64,000 nucleotides of DNA. Origin: Prasinococcaceae sp. CCMP 1430 (lineage: Eukaryota; Plantae; Prasinodermophyta). This document shows positions 9,433-19,370 of this stretch, in pieces. The DNA lies in assembly GCA_013416795.1 (NCBI GenBank), contig RQSC01000033.1, positions 162,280 through 226,279 on the forward strand. The letters run 5' to 3'. Below the pieces are notes generated by a model. It was not told the DNA's origin. It did not search any database and saw only the letters and a list, made by a program, of their open reading frames with translations. The position numbers and the translations under genes are program-made. The stretch's first letter is position 1, and each line of letters opens with the position of its first letter.

Positions 9433-11062
9433 ATGGCGACGTCAACCGCGACACGCTGCGCCGCGCCGCGCGCGGCGGTGCGCGTGGCCGGCCGAGCGCG
9501 CGCGCTCGTGCCGCCGCGCCACGCCGCGCGGCCGCGCGCGCGCTCGGGCTGGACGCGGCGATGAGCTCGAAGCTCCAGCAGGCTGAGCGCACGCTTGCCG
9601 AGCTCACCCAGCAGATGTCCGACCCGGACGTCATCAACAACTCGGATGAGTATCAGAAGGTCGCTAAGAACGCGAGCGACATGGAGAAGGTGCGGCACGA
9701 GGGGCGCACCTCCGGCGAGCGCCTTTGCCACAGCGCCGCGCGCCCCCGCGCTTGCTGCACAGGGTTGGCGAGGGCGGGCCGCGCCGCCGCGCTGCCACGC
9801 GTGCGCTGCTTCTGACGCGCCGCTGCACGCGCACGCGCACGATGCAGGTTGTCACGCCGTACCACGAGTACCTCGCGGCGGAGGAGGAGCTCCAGGGTGC
9901 CAAGGGTACGGCGTGCGCGCGGGCGCCTGTGGCTTGAGGTGCACCGCTCGCTGCGAGGGTTTCAGGAAAGGCCGCGAACTTTCTAGGTTCGGGTTTTCCT
10001 GATTTCTTTCCATCGTGATGTGTGTCTCGGCACAAGGGTGGTTTTTGTGTCTAGCTAGGGTTCGTGACACCGCGGATAAGGCGGCACCGCCGCGGCCGCA
10101 GCAGCGCATGTGGTCCCGACCTGACGCGCCTCTCCCCCTGCCCTCCCCCATCTCCCCCTCGCCTCGCAGAGATGGCGAAGGAGGACCCTGAGTTTGCCGA
10201 GATGGCCGCCGAGGAGATCGAGGCACTCACCGCGCGCATGGTCGAGCTCGAGGAGCAGCTGAAGGTCGCGCTGCTGCCCAAGGACCCGCTGGACGAGCGC
10301 AACATCATGCTCGAGGTGCGGGCGGGTACCGGTGGCGACGAGGCGGGCATCTGGGCGGGCGACTTGGCACGCATGTACATGCGCTACTGCGAAGAGCAGG
10401 GATGGACGCCCACGATGGTGAGCGCGGCGGTCGCTGATGCAGGAGGCTACAAAGAGGTAACGCTCGAGGTGACGGGCGAGAGCGTGTACTCGAAGCTCAA
10501 GTGGGAGGCGGGCGTCCACCGCGTGCAGCGCGTGCCCGCGACGGAGAGCGCCGGGCGAGTACACACATCGACGGCCACTGTGGCGGTCATGCCCGAGGTG
10601 GACGATGTGGACGTCAAGATCGACCCCTCGGACATCGAGATCACGACGGCGCGCTCCGGTGGCGCAGGGGGGCAGAACGTCAACAAGGTGGAGACGGCCG
10701 TGGACCTCGTGCACAAGCCCTCGGGCATCCGCGTGTTCTGTACCAAGGAGCGCTCCCAGATGAAGAATCGCGAGATGGCGATGAGCATCCTGCGCGCCAA
10801 GCTCTTTGAGATCGAGCTCGAGAAGCAGCAGAGCGAGATCAAGGAACGCCGCCTCGCGCAGGTGGGCTCAGGCGCCCGCTCGGAGAAGATCCGCACGTAC
10901 AACTGGAAGGACAGCCGCGTGTCCGACCACCGCACCAAGCAGAACTTCTCGCTGCCCGATATCATGGCGGGCAAGATTGAGGATCCCATTCAGGCGTGCA
11001 TTGCGATGGACCAAGCGGAGGCAATGAGGCAGCTCGCTGAGGAGGCCGCCAACGTTGCATGA
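9433..11062 (+). CDS. prfA: Organellar (plastid-type) peptide chain release factor 1; introns 9690-9847 and 9906-10169
   Basis: [26 protein letters not shown] (PAT recognition loop of RF1), [17 protein letters not shown] (GGQ) and RSEKIRTYN. An Ala/Arg/Ser-rich transit-peptide-like leader starts at 9433. Confidence 0.95.
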
Positions 11063-11268
11063 GGAGCACCGGACCGCGCCGCATCCCTGTACATATCTAA
11101 ACACGAATTTTGCAATGGCAACAAACGTATCTACGGCCAGCGTAGCTCGTGGGTCATCGCCGCCCGCGTGCGCGCGCGCCAGGGGGAGTGAGATAGACAC
11201 GCCTGAGACATACCGCGAATGTGTACAGGAGGGTGTGCGGCAGGTGCTCGCGCGGCCCGGGCGGGCAC

Positions 11269-12164
11269 TTACGACAGGCCGAGGTAAGTGAAGTAGGCGA
11301 TCGCACCCGCGGCCACCAGGCCGGAGATCGCCGAGACCAGCGGCGTGTTGAACCCGCCCTTGGGGAGGCCCGTCTCCTTGTCAAACTCGGCGAAGCGAGA
11401 CTGGCAGGCGTGGTGCGAGCGTCGCGGCAGGTTTGGGAGAGTCAGCTGCGCACCGCGCGGATGTAGGCAGGCAAAGACGGAGGGCTTGCAGCGCACCGGC
11501 GTTGCGCGCGGGCGTGGCCGCGCAGCGGGGCGTGCCGCGAGCGCGCCGCGCACCTTGGGGGCGGCGCACTGCGGGCACTGGTAGCCGCCGTCGAGCTCAG
11601 CGAAGGGCTGCTTCTTGAAGTAGATGAAGCCACAGTCGAGGCAGATGTGCGTGGCAGTCTCCAGCTGGCGCTTGGAGAGCGACTTGCCGAAGCGCGGCGG
11701 CGCGGGCAGCTTGTTCCTGGGTGGCAGGATGGGCGCCCCTTTGTTGACAATGAAATCCATGTAATCACGGCCGTTGTTGGAGATGGTGGTCTTGGTGAAG
11801 CCCACGTTCTCGCACGGCCACATCTCGTCGCCGAAGAAGGACGAGGTGTACAGGATCTGCACGGTTGCGAGCGAGGCCCAGAGGCGCGCAGCAGCAGGGG
11901 CGGCGGTGCGTCACCCGCTCGCGTCAGCGCGTGCACTCGCACTCGGCAGCGCACCCCCGCGCGCACGCGGCGGCGTTCCCCGCGCGCTCGCACCTGGTCG
12001 CCCATCTTGATGCCGGCCTTGGCGCCGTTGCCGACGGGGTTGACGAAGGTCACGAACACGCCCTCCTCGCCCGGCTTGCCGCCCACCGAGAAGCCCAGCG
12101 GCTTGTCGACGGCGATCTCCTTCTGCTGGGCGCGCGCGGCCGCGCGGCGCGGGGCCGCCCGCGG
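11269..12164 (-). CDS. PDZ + rubredoxin-like chloroplast protein (ENH1-like); introns 11401-11553 and ~11858-11993; 5' end in gap
   Basis: PDZ segment VDKPLGF...GNGAKAGIKMGDQ, then ILYTSSFFGDEMWP, ATHICLDCGFIY...YQCPQCAAPK|SRF and a C-terminal hydrophobic anchor. Confidence 0.88.
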
Positions 12165-12969
12165 NNNNNNNNNNNNNNNNNNNNNNNNNNNNNNNNNNNN
12201 NNNNNNNNNNNNNNNNNNNNNNNNNNNNNNNNNNNNNNNNNNNNNNNNNNNNNNNNNNNNNNNNNNNNNNNGCCGCGCGCCAGCTCGGCGCGCCCCGCCG
12301 CGCGCGCGCGGCGGCTCTCGCCGCTCCAGAGCCACTCAAATATTATCCGACGCCGCGGTATCGCCGCGCGGGTTCGGGGGGCGGTGCCGGCACACCACCA
12401 TGGTACTGAAGCTATGCGTCGATTCGGGGCCGCATCATTTGGTCGGGCACGCCCCGCACCCGCGTCCCCAACCCCAAGTCAGAGTCGCAAAAAGGGGTCC
12501 CACCCCGGGCCGGCCAGGCCTTTGGGGTGTCCTCTACGCGCCTCGGATGTTGGTGGGGCGGCGGGGTGCGTGGGGATTCTGCTGTGCAGAGGCTAGGCTC
12601 CGCCCGGAGCGAACCCTGATTGATTGCGAGGGCGATCCGACCGCTATTCGGGCGAAGAGGTTCGGGTTCGGGATCAGCTCCGAACGACGGGAGCTCGGAG
12701 CAGGGAAAAAAGATGGCATCGTGGCAAAATGCATGCGAGACGGTGAAAGTTTTGTGAGTATCCCGTTGATGAATCATACGTTCGATTGAAGGTCGCGTAT
12801 CGTGATGGCCGTGGGCTGGCTGGCGCCGCGCGCCTGGGTGCGCCACAGCGCGCGCGCGCCCGGGGCACGCGCTCCGTGGCGCTGCGAGGGTGTGCTGCGG
12901 CCGCTGCGGCGTGCTGCTGCGGGTTCGCGTGCCGGACGCTGACCCGCGGCGCCGCCCGCGCTGCCTGCC

Positions 12970-14038
12970 GCCATCCGGGAGAAGGCGTCGCTCGAGTTCT
13001 ACACGAAGCGCATGGGGATGGTGCGTGGGCGCCGCCGCGCGCCGCGGGCGGACGCCGACGCCGACGCCGACTCCAACGCCGCACGCACCTGACACAACGC
13101 CCCGCGCGCCCGTCGGCTGCTGCCTGCAGACGCACGTGGACACCTACCACTTCGACGAGCTCGGCTTCTCGCTCTACTTCCTTCAGAGCTTCGACGACGC
13201 GGTGGCGCCGCGGCCGGCCGATGTCGGCGAGCCGGGCTCGTCGGCGGCGCACGCGCACCTGTGGAGCACGCCGGGTGCGGTGCTCGAGCTGACGCACAAC
13301 CACGGCAGCGAGGAAGAGTACCACCCCGGCAACGCCGACGGCGACGGCTTCGGCCACGTCGCGTTCAACTGTGACGACGTGTACGCGAGCTGCGCCAAGC
13401 TCGAGGAGGGCGGCGTCAGCTTCAGGAAGAAGCCCGACGAGGGGCGCATGAAGGGCCTCGCCTTCGCGCTCGACCCCGACGGCTATTGGGTGGAGATCGT
13501 CAAGCGCTCGGACGGCTCCGAGATCGCCGACGAGTTCAACCTCTCGCAGACCATGCTGCGCGTGCGCGACCCGCAGGCATCGCTCGCCTTCTACCGCGAC
13601 GGCCTGGGCATGAGCCTGGTGCGCGAAAGCCACTACCCAGAGGCGTCGTTCAGCCTCTACTTCCTCGCGTCGCTGCCCGAGGGCACCGAGGTCGACTACG
13701 ACCCGACCGATCGCGAGGCCTCGAAGGCGTTCGTCGGCGCGCTGCACGCGCCCGTGCTCGAGCTGACCCACAACCACGGCACCGAAAAGGAGGAGGGCTT
13801 CGCCTACAAGAACGGGAACGAGGACGGCGCGCGCGGCTTCGGCCACATCGGCGTCCTGGTCGAGGACGTGGACGAGGCGTGCGCGGCGATCGAAGCGGCC
13901 GGCGGCGAGCTGGCCAAGCGCCCCGACGGAGGCACGATGAAGGGGCTCGCGTTCTGCAGAGACCCGGACGGCTACATGTGTGAGATCGTCAAGAGGGGGG
14001 GGTACGGCGACGACAGCGCGCCGTACTTCCTATCGTAA
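12970..14038 (+). CDS. GLO1: Glyoxalase I (lactoylglutathione lyase), two-domain monomeric type; intron 13021-13129; start uncertain
   Basis: Two copies of SLxFY..xGM / FSLYFL / LELTHNHG / GFGH / DPDGY.xEIV, plus QTMLRVRDP. Confidence 0.93.
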
Positions 14039-14529
14039 ATGATGGATCAGGGGATGATATGTTACTCAAACAACCGCCATGGTTTAGGCGCGTCCCCCTC
14101 TACACTCACGTCTCCCACTTCAAATCATGCGCGCAAGTCGGTGAAAACCCAGCTCAGTACCTGGATGGCGCCCTGGTGGGGGTGACGGGCTCGAAGGGCG
14201 CCTTGGTGGGGCTGACGGGCTCGAAGGGCGCCTTGGTGGGGACCGGCACGGGGCGCACGGGCGCCTCGGTGACAGCGCGCCGTACTTCCTGTCGTAAAAG
14301 CTGGATCAGGGGATGCAATGTTACACAAAGAACCGCCATGGTTTAGGCGCGTCCCCCTCTACACTCACGTCTCCCACTTCAAATCATGCGCGCAAGTCGG
14401 TGAAAACCCAGCTCAGTACCTGGATGGCGCCCTGGTGGGGGTGACGGGCTCGAAGGGCGCCTTGGTGGGGCTGACGGGCTCGAAGGGCGCCTTGGTGGGG
14501 ACCGGCACGGGGCGCACGGGCGCCTCGGT
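14012..14529. repeat. Tandem duplication, 2 x 259 bp
   Basis: 14012-14270 and 14271-14529 are near identical. The differences are confined to roughly the first 65 bp. Confidence 0.92.
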
Positions 14530-14835
14530 GGGGGTGACGGGCTCGAAGGGCGCCTTGGTGGGCACCGGCACGGGGCGCACGGGCGCCTCGGTGGGGGTGA
14601 CGGGCTCGAAGGGCGCCTTGGTGGGCACCGGCACCGGGCGCACGGGCGCCTCGGTGGGGGTGACGGGCTCGAAGGGCGCCTTGGTGGGCACCGGCACCGG
14701 GCGCACGGGCGCCTCGGTGGGGCTGACGGGCTCGAAGGGCGCCTTGGTGGGCACGGGAACCGGCCTGTACCCGCCGCCCTTGGCGGCGGCAGTGCCGGCG
14801 AGTGCCATCATGATGGCGGCGGACAGGCGCGACAT
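14413..14835 (-). CDS. Small secreted Pro/Thr-rich repeat protein (HRGP-like, 140 aa)
   Basis: Signal peptide MSRLSAAIMMALAGTAAA, then about 5 copies of the 20-aa unit RPVPVPTKAPFEPV(S/T)PTEAPV with synonymous variation, ending ...TRAPSRY. Confidence 0.8.
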   Translation of the reverse strand: MSRLSAAIMMALAGTAAAKGGGYRPVPVPTKAPFEPVSPTEAPVRPVPVPTKAPFEPVTPTEAPVRPVPVPTKAPFEPVTPTEAPVRPVPVPTKAPFEPVTPTEAPVRPVPVPTKAPFEPVSPTKAPFEPVTPTRAPSRY

Positions 14836-16458
14836 GGCGACGAGTGGGGTGGTGGCACAGGGAGTGTGTGCGAGCGCGCGCTCTGTGGCGCGCGCGGCGC
14901 GCGCGCCCGCGTCTCCTACCACCCCTCCCGCGCGCCTGCGCGCGCGAGGTGCGCCCCCGCCGCCCCGTCGCGCACNNNNNNNNNNNNNNNNNNNNNNNNN
15001 NNNNNNNNNNNNNNNNNNNNNNNNNNNNNNNNNNNNNNNNNNNNNNNNNNNNNNNNNNNNNNNNNNNNNNNNNNNNNNNNNNNNNNNNNNNNNNNNNNNN
15101 NNNNNNNNNNNNNNNNNNNNNNNNNNNNNNNNNNNNNNNNNNNNNNNNNNNNNNNNNNNNNNNNNNNNNNNNNNNNNNNNNNNNNNNNNNNNNNNNNNNN
15201 NNNNNNNNNNNNNNNNNNNNNNNNNNNNNNNNNNNNNNNNNNNNNNNNNNNNNNNNNNNNNNNNNNNNNNNNNNNNNNNNNNNNNNNNNNNNNNNNNNNN
15301 NNNNNNNNNNNNNNNNNNNNNNNNNNNNNNNNNNNNNNNNNNNNNNNGCGCCGCCGGGCCGCGCCGCGGGCGCGCGCGCGCGCGCGCATTTTTCCGGCGC
15401 ACGAAAAAAGATCGGAAACCCCCGTTTGACAGCGCCGCGCGCCCGCGGCCGCCGCCAGCCACCAGCCAGGGATCGGGGGGTCCGATCGTCAACCGTTACG
15501 CCGGGGCCCTGAGTGGGCGAACTGACCTGAATTGACTACGCGGAGCGCGTGCTCGATCGCATCGATTAGCGGCAGTCGAGGAGCCAACGGCTCGAGGCGA
15601 GGACTCCCACGCGTGGGTGTTCGGGGCGCTCATTGAACCCCGGGCGCGGATTTCCGAGCGCGCGCGTTTGACGGCCGGCGCCGGCGGCTGCGGCGGCTGC
15701 GCCCACACCACGAGCACGAAGGAGGGTGCACGCGCGGGCCACGTGCGTGCCATGCAATGCAATGCAGCGCGTGCCGGGGCGTCGTGGAAGGCTTCTGGAA
15801 GGACGCCGTGCAGCGTTGACGCGTGCTCGGTCCTCGAGCATTGAGAGCCCCGCAGTCATCAGCGCTTGGGAGCAGCTGCCGGCTGGGGTGGGGTTACGAC
15901 TTACGAGCGCGCGCATACTATTACTAACTCGTGGTAGGGCGTGTCAGGCCGGCACGCGCGCTCGCACAGCAAAGGGCCACACCCTGCAGGCACCAATTCA
16001 GGTGGCCTGGGCGCGCCTCGTCGAATGTTGTCGTCACCCAGCCGGTCCCCGCCACAAACGTGGGGTCCTCGATCGCCCCAAGGCGCCCGGCGATGTCAAA
16101 ACAGGTGCATCTCGATGCCTCGCGGCCATTACAGTCGCCGACGTGCATGTTTGCCGGGGGTTGTTTGCACGCGAGGGCCGCGCTGATCAGAGGCAGTTCG
16201 ACTGCGTCAAAGAAACCGCTGTCGTGTGATGGACCGCGGCGTCGTCAACATGTTTTCGTCCGTTACCAGCAACATGATTGACCGCACGACAGCACGTCGT
16301 CGGCGGGCGGCAGGTGGTGAGAGGTACCAAGTCAAGGCCAGGCCAACGCGCCGGCTCGCTCTTGGGCGAGCACGCCGTCGCATCGCTTCGTCTCAGTCCA
16401 CTAGAGATTCTGTATATTATAGCGAGATGGGATCCTTGCGCGCACAGAAAAGCTCGGC

Positions 16459-17802
16459 TCAGACGGAATAGTCCAGCAGCGAGAGCTCCCCGCTGCGCGC
16501 CTCCCCCCCCTTGGCGGGGGCGGGCAGCTTGGCGAGCGCCTCGGCGGCGATCGCGTCGCCGTACGCCGCGAGGCGGTGCAGGCTGAACACGACGTAGTCC
16601 TGGTCGGCGCGCCAGCGCGAGTCCGCCGAGTACAGGCGCATGTACGTGTAGTGGCGCAGCTCCCCCAGGACGGCCTCCTCCTCCGCAAGCTGGCCCTCGC
16701 ACCAGCCGTGCTTGCCCTCGGTGAGCTGGGCCGGAAAGGCCATCGGCTCGAGCTTGTCGTGCGAGAAGGGGAGGATGTCTGGCGTGGCGCCCGTCGCGTG
16801 CGCGGTCTTGCGGGCGGCGACGCTCGCCGGGCCCTCGGACAGGTCGGGCTCCTGCAGCAGCGCGGCCGCCGCGATGAGGCGCTGCTCGAGCCAGTTGAAG
16901 GTCGTCCCTGCGAGCTCCGGCACCACCATGCCGATGCCTCGCGCCTTGAGCCAGTGCTCGCACTTCTTGGCCCAGCCGTCGGCGTCCTCGGTGAGCCGTT
17001 CGGCGCAGCCCCTGCACACCAGCGCGTTGACCGCGCCGGCGGTGGTCTCGCTCTCCACGAAGTACTGCTTGACGTCCAAGCCGCTGGCCGACTCGGCGTC
17101 GAAGATGTCGTTCATGAGTTGCAGCGCCTGCGCGCGAGGCGACGCGGGAGGCGCGGGAGCGGGTGCGCGAGTCAGCGGCGGAGACAGAGCGCCCGTCGCG
17201 AGCGCTCGCTCGCGCGCGCTCGCAGCCGAACGCACCGGCGGCTGGACGCTGGCGCTCCACTCCACCCAGAATCCCCCCAGCACGTGTTTGCCCGCTGCGG
17301 GCGTCGCGCCGCCGGCGTCGCCCTTGAGCAAAATCGCGCAGCACGCGCACGCGCCGCGCACGTGCGCCGCGGACGGCGTCGCCACCGTGACGTCGCGAAA
17401 GGTCTGGTCGATCCCTCCCAGGCGGGCGGCCTCGTCCGCGCCGGCGCTCCCGGGATCGTTCGCGCCCGCAGCGCCATCCCCGCCCGCGGCCGCGGCCGCG
17501 CCGCCCGCCTGCTTGCCGCGGGCAGCAGGCGTCGCTTGCTTGCCGACCGTTCCGCCCCCCCTCGACGCCGCGAGCCGCTTGCACAGCAGCTTGTGCTTCT
17601 TCCACGCGCCCCGCTGGCACTCCTTGGAGCAATAGGAGACGTGCCGGCACGCCGAGCACTCGCGCAGCTGCCGGCTCCGCACGCCGCAGTGCGCGCACGC
17701 GGCCTCGCCGGCGGTCGCCCTCTCCCGACCGCGCTCCGCCCGCCTGGCGGCCGCGCGGCGGCTGGCCTGCCCGGGTTGCGCCGCGCGCCTCTTCGGGTCC
17801 AC
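16459..17802 (-). CDS. MYND zinc-finger protein (probable intron 17128-17235; start uncertain)
   Basis: CAHC...CSACRHVSYCSKECQRGAWKKHKLLC is a canonical MYND finger. Codon usage is GC3-rich throughout. Confidence 0.85.
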   Translation of the reverse strand: MDPKRRAAQPGQASRRAAARRAERGRERATAGEAACAHCGVRSRQLRECSACRHVSYCSKECQRGAWKKHKLLCKRLAASRGGGTVGKQATPAARGKQAGGAAAAAGGDGAAGANDPGSAGADEAARLGGIDQTFRDVTVATPSAAHVRGACACCAILLKGDAGGATPAAGKHVLGGFWVEWSASVQPPVRSAASARERALATGALSPPLTRAPAPAPPASPRAQALQLMNDIFDAESASGLDVKQYFVESETTAGAVNALVCRGCAERLTEDADGWAKKCEHWLKARGIGMVVPELAGTTFNWLEQRLIAAAALLQEPDLSEGPASVAARKTAHATGATPDILPFSHDKLEPMAFPAQLTEGKHGWCEGQLAEEEAVLGELRHYTYMRLYSADSRWRADQDYVVFSLHRLAAYGDAIAAEALAKLPAPAKGGEARSGELSLLDYSV

Positions 17803-18089
17803 ACAGTAAGTAGGGTCTACACATCAAAGATATACCCTAATAGTCTGTAGAATAAACCCAAATACCCGAACCGCAACATGAACACACCCTTCGTTTCGTA
17901 ACCGTCGGCCCCATGAACAGGCACACATCCCTCCTCTGACTTCTGACCATATCGTACACACGCGCAGAGGGCCCGCGCTCGGCGCGACACTTGGCGCGCC
18001 ATCCGCCGGCGTCGGCGGCGCCGCACATCATCCTCCCGCCGACACCGACGGGGGCCGAGGGGGGCGCGGGCGGCGCCGCCGGCGGGCGC

Positions 18090-18116
18090 GTGTGTGTGCT
18101 TGTGCGTGCGTGCGCG

Positions 18117-18156
<40 letters not shown>

Positions 18157-18200
18157 GCGTGCGTGTGTGTGTGCGTTTTTGTGTGTGTGTGTGTGTGTGA

Positions 18201-18255
<55 letters not shown>
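18090..18255. repeat. (TG)n microsatellite
   Basis: Long, nearly pure GT dinucleotide tract. Confidence 0.95.
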
Positions 18256-18257
<2 letters not shown>

Positions 18258-19303
18258 CCGCGCTCGGCAGGCCGGACGAAGCGGCGTCCGAGGCGGTGCG
18301 CGCCGTGGCGCTCGACCCGGGCTACGGGCGGGCGCGCGACAGGCTGGCGTCGCTCGCCGCCAAGTGTGGGCACCTCGGCGCGCTGATCGCCGCCGCCGAG
18401 CACGCCGCCCGCAAGTACTCGGACAGCACGTCGGCGGGGCCGCTGCTGCGCTCGCTGCGGCTGCTCGCGCAAGGCCGCTCGGAGGGCAACGCGCGCTTCG
18501 GCCGGGGGAACTACAGGGCGGCGATCGAGGCGTACACGTGGGGCCTCGAGCAGGCCGAGGCAGCGGCGCGCGAGGACGTCGACCGCAACGCCGACTCGCC
18601 GGGCGCGCTGCCCGGCGCGGCGCTGCTTTGGAGCAACCGCGCGGCGTGCCGCGCCAAGGAGGGGGACCACGAGGGCGCTGTCGCCGACGCGCGACGCGCG
18701 CTCAGGGCGGCGCCAGAGTACCACAAGGCGCGCCTCAGGCTCGCGGCGGCACTGGCCGAGCTCGGCGAGCACGCAGAGGCCGCAGAGGAGTACTCGTCGC
18801 TGCGCAGCGAGCTGCCGGGGGACGTGCCGGTCGCGCTGGGCCTGTACCGGTCGAAGAGGGAGCTCGCGCGGAGGTCGGGCGGAGGGGAGGAGGTGCACTA
18901 CGCAGGCCCGCCGCGGCTGGCCCGCGCGAGCAGCGTTGCGCAGTATCGCGAGAGCACGCACGACAGCGCCGCGTACCGCCGCGGCGTGTCCCTGCTGCTC
19001 TTCACGCACGCGCACTGCCTGCCCGCCGCGCGGCTCACGCCGGTGCTGGAGAAGCTGTCGGTGCGCTTCCCGGAGGTGCTCTTCCTGGTGGTCGACCGAG
19101 ACGGGGACGCCGAGATGGAGCGGCTGGTCGAGGACGACCTCGGCGTGGACGAGTACCCCACCGTGCGCCTCTTCGACGGCGGGCGGCCGCGCGGCGAGCT
19201 CGTGCACCCGTCGCCGAACGAGCTTCGCGCGACGCTCGCAGAGGCGGTGCGGCGCGCAGAGGAGGAGCAGCGCGAGGCGGCGGAGGCCATACCACGAGTG
19301 TGA
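18256..19303 (+). CDS. TTL-like TPR + C-terminal thioredoxin-like protein (5' part missing)
   Basis: TPRs (ALDPGYGRARDRLASL; RSEGNARFGRGNYRAAIEAYTWGL; LLWSNRAAC; PEYHKARLR; LRSELPGD) followed by an inactive Trx fold (RFPEVLFLVVD...YPTVRLFDGG...ELVHPSPNEL). Confidence 0.82.
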
Positions 19304-19370
19304 TTTTACTTTCGACACCTGCACATGCACTTGTTGTGCGTGCTTGCGAGCGCGCTCGAAGGCGCGTCTA

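Noticed and set aside
14430-14760. 60-bp repeat array as a possible CRISPR or minisatellite
   Set aside because: There are no unique spacers, and the variation is synonymous in the minus frame, so it is a coding repeat in a eukaryote.
17837-18386. Poly-CV / poly-HT ORFs (also ~47570-48330, ~51720-51790 and ~54725-54965)
   Set aside because: Translations of (CA/TG)n microsatellites, not metallothionein-like proteins.
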